Shown in pieces: positions 22,063 through 34,500 of a stretch of 64,000 nt of DNA. The translations under genes were made by a program, and so were the position numbers. Source of the stretch: Magallana gigas (lineage: Eukaryota); assembly GCF_963853765.1 (NCBI RefSeq), contig NC_088853.1, forward strand, positions 58,404,001 through 58,468,000, written 5' to 3'. Within the stretch, counting starts at the first letter, position 1, and every line of letters starts with the position of its first letter. The notes below the pieces were generated by a model. The model did no database searches and was not told the origin of the DNA. It worked only from the letters and a program-made list of their open reading frames with translations.

Positions 22063-24134
22063 AAAGGAATATTTTTACTTACAGAAATTCAAGGAATGCT
22101 TCTGCCATATTGTCCGGTATTTTGTCGATAATTATTCAGTTTTTAACAACCCTCCATTGATACTCTACCAGAACTGTGAACGTGACATTGGACATTTTAG
22201 AAAAAAAATAATCGCGTTTTAGATCAGAAACATTTAGGGTGTGAAAGCCCAAGAGTCAGGTACTGAGGGTGGGGTATATAGAAATTTTTTGATCAAGTTC
22301 ATTGCGTTTTAGATCAGAAAAAAAATTGGGGGGGGGGGGGGGTGTAAGCCCTAGAGTCTGGAACTGAGGGTGATAAAGTTTATTGTCTTATAGATCAGAA
22401 ACATTTGGGGTGTAAGCGCTTAGGGCCTTGCTCCCGATTGAACAATGTCAAAATTCCAGTTTAAAAACACCGCTCTATATCATGACCTACCTGCGTGGTT
22501 GGATGCGCAGAAGTAGTTTAACACGACCTGACCTTCTTATACTGAGTAGCTGTAGATTTATTCAATCTCTATATCGATCTCAAATTTCGCATTTCACACC
22601 TGCGTTAAGATTGTGTCACTTATCCCGACATGACCTAATATCAGTACTTTTATTAACGGACAATGCGTCTTTTACTACTTTGTTCAGTAATATTCCAACT
22701 TTAATAAAATTGATTATCAGAAAAACACAATTAAAATTGCATTTCGTACTTCGATCAATTAAAGGGGTGAGATAAGGTAATGTGGTTTGATCTAAATCTA
22801 CCTGAATTTGATCATTTTAACGGTGTAAAATGACTTAACAATACTTTTTCATTTAAATAAGGGAATAAGGGTGATACGTAAAGAAATTAAGGGGACACAA
22901 GTACTTTAAACCGGTATACAATACGTATATACATGTATACAAGTACAATATATGTTATGTTAGCCCACATCATATGCTCAAGTGAAATGAAAGTTAGTGC
23001 TTAATTAAAAGTGTTTTTTTTTTTATTTTAACATAGGTACATAAATATTGCAATACCTACTACGGCCTTATAATAATTCTCGTGATTGCATTTTCATACT
23101 TCACTTGAAGTGTACAATAAAATATACTTAATTCGATAAAAATCTTTATTTTAAACGAATCAACCATATACACTCTGTACCATCAATGAGGCATTCCGGA
23201 TTAATTATTGCTACCTAGTGTATGCGGGTTTCCGATAACGCCTTTATCCTGGTCAAAGGGGGTTTTAAAGACCGATCTACCGTGAAACCACACATTTATT
23301 AGAAGGTGTTCTAATTTGAACGTTTTGTATTACATCCTCATATCTAATATACTAGCCTCTTTTTTAAGTAATGTTGAGAAAATGTTAACCTCAATTTGCC
23401 CTGTACGTGTTAATAGAGGAAAAATTAACTATTTGGGCTGACGTTATTGTGTTGATTTAATTGTTGTTGTAGCTTTAGAATGGCCACTCTCTCTTGGGCG
23501 CTCCTAGCCCAAGTCTGACATTGATATAAACAATAGTGACTTTTGATATTTACATTTAAACATTGAACAAAGTTTACGAAAGATTAATGTAAATTAATTT
23601 GACTTTTGAGCATAAATCAGTCGACAGTATAGCAATAGAGGATGCTATAAATTTGTTTGTATTATCCGAGCCGTCTCGTCTACTTTGTTATCCCCCCACT
23701 TCGGCCCTCGATTTTGGTGAGCGAGAGACATAATAGAGAGTTCAAAACTCTTTTACAAACTTCAAACGTTTTAAGTAAAACACATAACTATTAACAGTTG
23801 AATTATTATTTTTAAAAAAAAAACGTTTTAACTTTATCTTAAATTTACATACAAAAAATTGAATCAACACGAAGTTGACCTCCTCCCCCCCCCCCCCCCC
23901 CCCCACTTTTATCGGACCTAAATTGAATTGATAATAAGGAAATTATCAGTGAAATTGAATTTAAAGGTATACTATTTACATGTACGACCCCCTCCCCCGG
24001 GGTAATTAAGAATTTCTGAAAGTAACTTTTTCCTTATTTTCGTTTTTTGCTTGTCAAGACTTTCTTTGCTTGTCAAGATTTTCTTGGATGAATCTGCAAC
24101 CCCCCCCCCCCCCCATTTTCAAAAACGGTCTTAC

Positions 24135-24320
24135 GTGCCTCACACCGTCCCAATAATTTGTCAAGCAATCTTTCTTTTAAACACTCAACTAGTATAGACG
24201 TACCTAATACACACCGTCCAAATAATTTGTCAAGCATTCTTTCTTTTAAACACTTAATTAGTTCACATGTACCTAATACACACCGTCCCAATAATTTGTC
24301 AATCATTCTTTCCTTTAAAT
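24135..24320. repeat. ~58-bp tandem repeat (~3 copies) within a dispersed repeat that has a diverged second copy at ~25900-26420
   Basis: cacaccgtcc(c/a)aataatttgtcaa recurs at ~24141, ~24210 and ~24280. A similar motif lies at ~26078, and 24600-24720 resembles 26260-26370. Confidence 0.7.
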
Positions 24321-24828
24321 AATAATGTAAAATATTCCTTTTAAGTGCATTTTTTTGGTAAAAAATCTAAATCAATTTACTAAGAAACAGAGAAAAGCGT
24401 CGAGAGAAGATAGCATTTTCAAGTGAAGCCTCGGAAGTAAACGATGAACAATGCAGGTTTTTTTCTTTATCCTTTTTTTGGAAATTCTTCTCCACGAGTT
24501 GTTTCCGTCTGTTCAATGTAGATAAACATATAATAACACGTTCTTTGTGTTCAGTTTTATGAAGTTTAATAATTTTGCATTTTGAATGACTCCTTATACA
24601 TTGTGGTTTTTAAGTTTACTAAGCGTAGTAGGAATCAAAAGAATGTTATTTTCAATTAAATAAAAATAATAAAATTAATATCGTGTCTAGTTAATTGTGG
24701 TTTGTGTTTATTGTTATATAACATACCTGCATCGAAGATATCGATAAATATCTAATGTGCTGAAAGAACGTCTTTGGTGATTTTTTCAATCATTACTTTA
24801 TAGTAAGTGTTAGGAGTTGTTTAGTTAA

Positions 24829-24831
<3 letters not shown>

Positions 24832-24894
<63 letters not shown>
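24832..24894. repeat. (AG)n microsatellite
   Basis: Pure AG run. Confidence 0.98.
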
Positions 24895-24898
<4 letters not shown>

Positions 24899-27286
24899 CG
24901 CTACAGTTATGAGAAAAACTATTTTTTTTACAGAACTAGAAAACAATATACGAAATAACGGTTTGTGACACTGCTGTTTATAAATATATATTTAAATTAA
25001 ACGTCTATCAAATAAATAGTATATTACTGTTCTACAGATGTTGTCATTTAAAACAATAAAAAAATGCATCAAAACATTGTTCATACTCTCATAACACAAA
25101 TTAAAAGTTACATTATTTCACCTTCAATAACTAATAATAGTGTGCATTTTCATCTTCTAATCACTTTATAAACACAGTCTCAATTATTTGCCAAGATTCA
25201 CACAGTCTCAATTATTTGCCAAGATTCTATTAGTAAGACATTTAGTTAAATCCGTTTAAGTTTTTGTTGTTGTTGTTATTTCCTTTTTTTTTTCTTTTTT
25301 TTTTTGCTTGGTAATATTAAATGGATTTATGGAGCAATTTAAGATGATGACAGTAAATATCTGTTTATTGCGTGCTTGTGTCGGTTTATTTCCGTCTTTA
25401 AAATGTTGTTATATAAACCAATTGTTCTCAAGAAATATAATGATTCAATACATGTACTTTTATTGATCCCCATGTAAAATACATGTAAGAAGATGGAACA
25501 AAATCGCCAAATATCATGGAAATATAATTTTTAACTGCTTATTAAATAACCAAAGCCGCTGGACAAAACTGTAAAATATATATTCAGTGACAAACAAGTT
25601 GCATCATCTCAATGCAGGGACGTAGCATCGGGGGGGGGGGGGGGCAGGCAGTGAGGCATGCACACCCCCTCCCCCTCTTTCTCGCAGCAAACTTTGTTTT
25701 TTATTTAGGATGTAAAAAAGTACATTAAAATGGAGTCGGCCTCCCACTCTTTTTTGGAGGGGGGGGGGGGGGGGTGGGGGGGGGGGTGTAAAAAATTGAA
25801 TTGAAAGGAAGGAAACTAACAACATGATTGTTATTATATGAAGTTTAAGATATGCTCTGCCTACTCCAACCCCCCAACCTCCAGATGATTTTTCATGATC
25901 GTGAATACTTACCCCTTTTTTGTTTGGTTTTCTTTTTTTGCTTGTCAAATTTCATTTATTTTAATTTTAGATGATTTTGCCCCTCACCAACTGTCAAAAA
26001 CGATGCTATGTGCCTGCAATGAGAGTGACTTTAGGAAGAACAACGCCGATATTACACTTTTCTTGGTATTCTTAAAACGCACCGCCCAAACTATTTGTCA
26101 AACATTGTTTCTTTAATGCACTTCTGTTAAATACCCTTTAATGTGAATTTTTGTTTATTATAATCAATTGAATATTGTGCGCTAACGTGTAATAACACTT
26201 CCTTTGTGTTATGTTTTATGAAGTTTGATACTTTTTCACTTGGAATTACCCTTAATACATGTTGGATTTCAAGTTTACAAAATGAAGTATGAATCAAAGG
26301 AGTTTTATTATCAATTAAAAAAAATATGAAATTCATGTCTTGTCTAGTTAATTATGGTTTGTGTACATTGTTCCTGCACGCACCTGTGTCTCAGATAATT
26401 CATTCATTGATTTATAGTAATCGTTATGAGGTTTTTTTTTTTTATTCAACTGAAAAGGGCAATGTTAAAAGGCAAAGAATGATAGTTGGAAAATATATGT
26501 TGTAAGGAAAAAGAAAACATACAAGGACGATATTACACATGTTATGTGTTACGGTCTTCAGTCTCACTAATAAAATAGTTTCACCTTTGCAGTTCAGTTT
26601 ATTTACTCGCTCAAAACCATTTCAAACATATGGTACATGAGGACAAAAATTACATTAAAATATACATATAAATAAAACGTTGGGAAAAACTATACAAAAT
26701 GAACCTCATAGAGGACAGACTACCGCCTATATCTTTTGTTATAAACATACACAATTTTCTTAACAATTTCATGTTACATGTTGCCATGAGGAACGAAAAT
26801 TTTAGCACATTTGGTCTAGCCGGAACATTTTTGTCTATAACCGTGTTCCGGACTTGTGATTTTGCATCATATTCCAAAATATAATGTAAGATGCGTTACT
26901 TTAGCGCTCTATTAAGATCAACACATTATATCTATATGTATAAACAATACATGCCGCTGGTGTACAAACTGTATGAGTGCCAACTCGTTTTTATTTGGCG
27001 AAGTTACCTATAAACGCTTAAACAATGCAAACCCGTGTATATTTTAAAACCAGTTTGTTTTCACCAGGGATACCCTCCCTTAATGCAAGTTATGTTCTTG
27101 AACAAGTTGCTGTCCTTTAAAAAAGGACTACAATACGTGGACCATTTGCATGTGTTTCCAACGAAAGCGTGAAAGCCTTAAGATTATCAGAGATTCCATC
27201 GACTCTAGCCCTATGCTTTTAACCACTAAATTTGTACGTTGCATTATGTATTCATGTTTGTATAGCCCTGACTTCTAAAATAATAA

Positions 27287-27288
<2 letters not shown>

Positions 27289-27354
<66 letters not shown>
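27289..27354. repeat. (AT)n microsatellite
   Basis: Pure AT run. Confidence 0.98.
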
Positions 27355-27357
<3 letters not shown>

Positions 27358-27997
27358 TGAAGTTTGCATGTATAGTATCAGGCATTCGGTAAATTCTACT
27401 ATTTGCGCACACATTACGATTTGCACTACTTTGCTAACTAACGTTATGCAGTGACAGCTTTGTATAAATTAAAAATTTCATATTTTGATGCATTTCATAT
27501 TTTGATGCATTTTTCTTGAGATTTAAACTTTTATACAGTGACATAATTATTCAATCATACTTAAATGTTTAAAAAAGTTTAATCGGGAAGTTCTCTAGCC
27601 TTGCCTACTATAAAAGTAAAGTTGCATGTGTAAAACAACAAAACATTGCAAATTATGCTATTTGATGCATGTTGTAGTTTCGGCATAACATTTATTTAAC
27701 TTATTTCATAATACTGATAGTTCATATGACATGCCAATCATTTCTTTAAAAGGAATACTTTGTTTCTGTACTGTTTACAGAACCTTTGAACTTATGTGTG
27801 CATATGGCACGGAATCGCGATCCCGATTCAGATAAACGTGTGCTAGCCTGGTTCCCTGAGCTACCCATTACGCACAGGAACCAGGCTAGCTCATACGCAG
27901 GCTAAATTTTCCCCATAGCATCCGGTTTAGCCTCGATTATATATTTTCTGCAAGGACCTCAGGGTCCACGCAATTATGCAGTCATGAATCCATTTCT

Positions 27998-28200
27998 ATT
28001 CTGTGAAATCATTAAAATTTATGGTGGCTCGATCTTTATGGTATTCGTGGGTATCCGTCTCCCACGAATTTACATCCTCAACGAAAACAAATTATGAAAG
28101 GGTTATCTTTATTACTGAAACTGAAAATTGACGCACGAAATTACATTAAAAAAAATCCACGAAAATTGGCCCCCATTGAATTAAATGGTTTCAAAGAATA
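27998..28200. mobile_element. Short MITE (Tc1/mariner-like termini)
   Basis: tattctgtgaaatcatt ... aatggtttcaaagaata imperfect TIRs with TA at the ends. Confidence 0.5.
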
Positions 28201-28693
28201 TCACTCAACATACTTTATGTATCGTTTATTTTATCCTTAAACAGATAAGTAAGATGAACATTATGGTAGTACTAATTCAAACACAGACCAAATAATATAC
28301 GTGTGCAGTAACTCGACTACATCAACAACCTTTCATACATATACATGTGTGTATTATATCATATTATTATTTTAGACTATATTGCTTTAACATATTCAAA
28401 TAAAGAACAAATAAAGGTCTACTTGTTATAATAAAGATTGACAGCTAGTTTTTTAACATCGTACTAAGCTCTTAATATTTCTTGTTTTACTTCCTCGTCA
28501 CGTGATCATTGAGACTGCGCCTTCACTATCCAAACGCACCCCTTTTCTACTTAAACTTCTTGGTAAATACATATACAGCCTGTCTACATATGTCTTCTCA
28601 GACGAATGAATACTTTATATTAGTAGGTTATTTCTGTTAGGCATACAAATCTATACTCAAAGGGTTATAGAGTTTGACCAGATTGACAACACC

Positions 28694-31519
28694 ATGATGT
28701 CCCTGTCCCTGTCCGGACACTCTGTGTATCCCCACGATGTCCTCACTGTGTTGTTCTGTCTGCTGACACTATCCCAGGCGTACGGTGAGTCCACTTTATG
28801 TACATTTCTAAAAATCACGATATTTTCCAAATGATGTTGTTTTGGGTTACCTTATAAGAATTGAACCAAACCATCAAATGGTAAAGGAATAAAATGTAAA
28901 TAATAAGGGCATTTTATTGAATTTCCCAGAAATTATTGTTAATATAACAATAGCAATACTACATTCTAAAACCAATCTCCACACTCAAAAAGTATTTACA
29001 TATTAACTACCAATAATTTAAAGGCTATACACTTAACGTACTTCAAAGAAATATATTTACATTTTCCAGTGTCTTTGCCTGTGATAACACTACGAATAGA
29101 TTTTGTACTATATAACCCATAATACAAATGACGCCAAATTGACGCGCCAGCGGGGTTTGCTGATTTATATTTGAATATTTATTCGTACGATGGGTAAAAA
29201 TTATATAAATATAAGTAATAAGGATTCATTCTTTGAACATTTCGGTCGGGGCGTGATCAAATCTACCATAAAGCCCTTTGGGCTTTATTGGATGTGATCA
29301 CAGGGAAATTTCAAGTTTCTTATGCCACTTGATGCCGGGAAAAAGGTCAATGGTTCGGTAGTTAAGAACAATGACAAGTAAGGATTTGTTATCGTGATGG
29401 CACCTACCATGATTCATGACTTAATGCTGCAACTACGCACTCACCATTACTCACCCGGATTAGAATTTCCCTGATTTTGAGAATTTCTTTTTCATTTTGC
29501 TTGTAAATATTTTTTTAATGATGCTGCCGCGCCCCTTTTAAAAAACGTTCCTGGAAATAACTGTAAATATATAATAGTGAATAAAATAAATGTGAGCATT
29601 CATCCAAATGAGAGCAAGTTACAACTGTTTTCTATTTAAAAAAAAAGATGTCCCCATTCGTTAGCTTTGCAAGATTTTGAGAATATTTTGGTATTTATAT
29701 TTCAGCAGATTTACAATAAATACTTAGAGTAATTTCCCCTTATTGTGACGTCAAAGTTCACATCGGTCAAGTGTCGTCTGTCTCTTTGAAAAAACACTGG
29801 AAAAAAAATAAGTGAAATATACTGTTTTGTTTACTTAAAAAGCATGATATTCTTGAAATTACACAATTTATCTGTTTCTCAAAAGTTTTACTTTGATTCT
29901 CGCGAGAAGGAATAAAGTCTAGTGAGATCGTCCGACATTGATCAATTGCATTGTGGGTCGAAATTTACGGACGCCGAAAAATTCTGTGGGATCAATGTGC
30001 AAGAAATCCATTGTGACGTCACTCGAAGGAACGACAACTCTGTTAGTCTTATGTAATGGAATTATTTTATTTACAATGCATGATGTACATAGTCTTTTAT
30101 CTTGTTCTCGTGAGAGTGTGAAATGGGAAACCATATTTACAGGGAATCACTAGGACGATTAAAACAAGGCATTACTGGTCCGATTTACTGACGCCAAAAA
30201 AATCCGTTGAATGAATGTGCAACTAGTCCGAATTTTCTATTTACATACGCCTTGCCGGTAGAGCTCGCTTCGCTCGCTATTAGAACCACGAGTTGACATC
30301 ATCACGATAGAAATGTTGTTAGAACATGTGTGTTTATCTTTACAGTCAATGTCGCCCTCAACAAACTAGCATACAGATCTTCTAGTTACAGTACAACCGA
30401 CACATCTGGCACCGGTAACGCTTTAAGCATGAGCGGTGGGGATGTTTTGAATGGAGGTCAATGTGCTGTATCAGAATCAGGAGAAACCGCCTACTGGCGG
30501 GTGAACCTGATCACCATCCACAGCATCCACCATATCACCATCCACTTCAGGGCGGACAATGTGACATGGGGTATAGTCACATTTACTAATTCTCGCTATT
30601 GATAAGGTTCTGTTAAACGTATATTCCGTTGTTATTATTTATAATGAGACAGGTTAGGGGGCTTGACCCGTATATCGTCGGAATCCAAAACAAAATAACA
30701 TGTTTGTCAGTGTAAATGTATTTAAGCATTGAATCATTATTTTTTCAAAGATGTGGTCTCATAACTGCAACGGTGTGTGCATACAAATTAAATAACGCGA
30801 GCTAGCGCTTTATGAAAAAAAATTTGCACACACCGTTGCAGTTGTTAGACCACATCTTTCAAAAAATAATGATTCGATGTTTATATCTACGTTTTTTAAT
30901 ATTTATTCTCTTTCCGAAAACATGATTTATTTAATAAAAAAATTATGCATTATTCAACGAGTAATGTGCACTTAACTGAAGAGCCACTGGAACAGCCGAA
31001 TCATGCTGACAAATAAGTGCACTGAAATTTGATAACTTATAAGATAATTTCATTTTTCATTCTGTAATTTGATAAATTTACTTTTGGTATACTAAGAAAT
31101 TAATCAATTGAATTCATTTTACTGTTATTATATGTTTACACCAAGAAATATTCATCAGCGTAGGTATAATATCAGGTAGTGATCTGGCTTGAAGTCGCGA
31201 GGAGACTCAGTTATGTTCTTTAAAAAATACTAATGGAAGACTGTATTCATACAGATTTGGTGATTGGATCTTCTGTGTAATGCGAAAATATCACCCAAAT
31301 AAATCAATGCAATTTGATAAGGGAAAAGAAAGTAAATGTAAATACTTATTAGTATATTCTGTAATAAACAATGAAAAACCATAGCTATAACGGTATCACC
31401 GTGGTAAGAACATTTTTTTGAAAATCCAAAATAGTGTGATGTTTATATAAATGTTCACTTTAAATTCGAAATTGCCCATATTTGATAAGGACGTAAGTTT
31501 AAGCCTGAAATGATGACCC

Positions 31520-31551
<32 letters not shown>

Positions 31552-34500
31552 GGTCGGACTTAAAACAAAATTATCAGAGAAATTGAAATCTTATATTCGT
31601 TTTCTCAGGAATTAAATAGTTAATCCGAATCAACAATTTATTTATCTATGACGACTGCGTGCCTCCTATCAACTAACGGAAAAAACTTGACTTGGAAAGA
31701 TGACATACTTTAATCATTTTAAATCAAATCGTTAAATAATGAAAATAACCTTTAATGGCAACATTTAAAGCAGGAATCTTGTAATATTATTTTTTTTTTA
31801 ATAGTCAACAAATTAACCGAAACTCGTTGTTGCATGAAGTATTAAAACAGTTACAGATCTAGAGACTAGTCGTGTCCTTATGTCGTAACATAAGGACCAG
31901 CGTCGCGGTCGGTATAATGGCACGATCAAGAAACCTTCAGTAGAATAATGCGTTTAATTTTAAATCGACAATTATTATTTTCGTGAATTCTTCATGAACA
32001 CGTTCAGGTATTCACTAACGCTGCTATAAGTTTAGGTGACAACACACTTTTAAACCAGACAGAGTTGTCAAGGAAACCCCTTCTACAGTAGGTGGTAGGG
32101 GCATCAAGTGAGTTGTGTACTATTGGCATGGATACACTAAAAAACATTTTTGTTAGTATTGATTAATTTTTTTTTATTTTTATTTTTTTTGTTTCATTGT
32201 TGATCCTTTAAACAATATAATTAACTGCATAAAACGTGTATACTTGGTTGTAAAACATCGCTATATACTATATAAAGACATCATCTCTATTTATTTGACA
32301 TGAATTAAATCTACATGCCCGCTTCATTTTTGCATATGTTGTGTGTCAACCATATTTGTGTATAGATTATGTCGAGAATCATTTATCGTTATTTTTTATT
32401 TAGCTACAGATGTTATTCCATCTCAAATAACTGTGTTAGATTGTTCTTGCAGGTCCCTCTAATAACGTCAATGGGCTCTTCCTTGGTTTCTCGGTGTACA
32501 TCTCCAATACAACAGACAGACTACAGGGAACACTGTGTTACAAGGACGACAACTTTACAATAGACACCATACCTGCTGTCTTCACCACCACCTGTCCTGT
32601 ACATGGACAGTACGTCATCTACTACAACGAGAGACTACCAGGAGTTAGTTACCCTGGAGGTTATTCTGTTTATGTTACCAATGTCCTCTGTGAAGTGGAG
32701 GTGTATGGTGAGTGTTCTTTATTCTTTCATTAAATATGTAAATAAAAAGATAGTAACGGTGATTTGCCAATATCTGACTGTTATCTAATATCTGTTATCT
32801 AATAGCTGACTGACTTTAGTATGATACCTATACATTGTGTTTTTGATATATTTATAGTGGTTTTTCCCCACATAACAATAACCATTATTTTAAACAATAT
32901 AATTGCTCATGAAACAATAATGATTGCTTTATTTTGGTCAATGGTGTCTCCTTACAATGCTACATAAGAGATTGAAATGAACAATATCAAAATAAACAGT
33001 AAGTTCATGATGCATATGCATTATAGTATGCATCATTTGATTACCATTATGTAACTCACGAATAGTTACTTTGAAGTAAAAAAAAATGTCATTTTACATA
33101 AAATCATATTACCATTGTATAAATTGAAGGATGTACCGCTACCGGATATTTTGGATACAACTGTTCCGTTCCTTGTTCAGACGTCAACTGTCAGTACTGT
33201 CACATAGAGACGGGCACCTGTCAGGGCTGTAAAACTGGATACAAAGGTCACCGATGTGAAATGGGTAAATTTGCAGATCTGTAGCTCGATGGAAAAATGA
33301 TTTCCAGTTGCCGTATAGATAGTTAATTAAAGACTAATGAACATGCAGCTACAACATGGTGTTAATTACCTTTTTTGGTGTGTGTTTTTCAGCCTTGATC
33401 AGAATTAAATAAAGTAAAAATTGATACGTTATGTTTAACTATTTCCTATAAAAGTTGATTTGTATCGAAAGCTTGTGAAGGAGGAACGTATGGTGCTGGC
33501 TGCAAAGAAACATGTGGACATTGCCGTGACGTAAACCAGTGCTCCTTCAACAATGGAATTTGCTTAACTGGATGTAATGCTGGTTTTAAAGGAGACTTGT
33601 GTAAAACTGGTAAGTGTGTGGATAAATTAACATAATTTAGTGACGTAAACAACCGTTCTTTCAACAGTTGGACTTGCTTAACTGGATGTATCGCTTGTGT
33701 AATGGAACCTGTTTTCCATATCACACCCAATATCAGCCTGAGACACCAATTTTAGCCAGAGGGTCAAAGACCCAAGGCGATAACTTAGTCGTAGACTGAT
33801 GCAGGGTATAATATGGAAAATGGTTGGTATTATTAAATTTTTTAACCGAGTTTTCCAACGGAAAAATCCGGTTATTGAAATTGTGAAAATGGCGGACGCG
33901 CGGACGGTTGGGCGGCCGCCAAAAGAGTATCCTCATTGTACGGAAAATTCCTCATACAGTTTTCAAGATAGGAAGTTTTTCTTTTGCAGAATAATTGTAC
34001 AGAATTTACAGATGTATATATTGCTAGAATTTTGATTTCTAATAATTTATGAAAAAAAAATACCAGCTTTTGAACTTAGTCATATTTTGGCAAAATATTG
34101 CATATAGAGTACCTTTATTATACGGATAACTCCTCATACAGTTTTCACGATAGGAAGTTGTTCTTTTGCAAATCAACTGTACATAAATAAGAGGTGTGCA
34201 CATTGCTAGAAGTTTGATTTCTAATAATTTATAAAAAAAAACCCAGCTTTTGAACTTAATGATATTTTGGCAAAACATTTCATGACATGGGTTATGGGTA
34301 CAGTTTACTGCTGTCAAATTGACAGCTTTTCATTTGTTTTCTTATTTATTTACTTTATTTTTCACATATTTTACAGACAAAACACCACTTTTTTTTTTCA
34401 GAGACCCTCACACACATGAGATCTGTATCATGTATTAATATACACCTACCTACATAGATAAACCCAGTATACGGTACATTTACCCGGGAATAAGAAGAAA

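Larger units (their letters stand above)
13261..23547 (+). mobile_element. Polinton-type-terminus element, copy B, expanded by three insertions
   Basis: Same AGTAGT terminus as copy A. Colinear pairs: 13261-13977/8404-9107, 15488-16650/9108-10835, 17868-18187/10836-11157, 22063-23547/11158-12636. Confidence 0.75.

Noticed and set aside
10079-22775. Duplicated plus-strand ORFs (10079/15890, 10969/18001, 11497/22428)
   Set aside because: They recur only because the DNA is duplicated; splice signals favour the minus strand for the first two, and none resembles a known protein.
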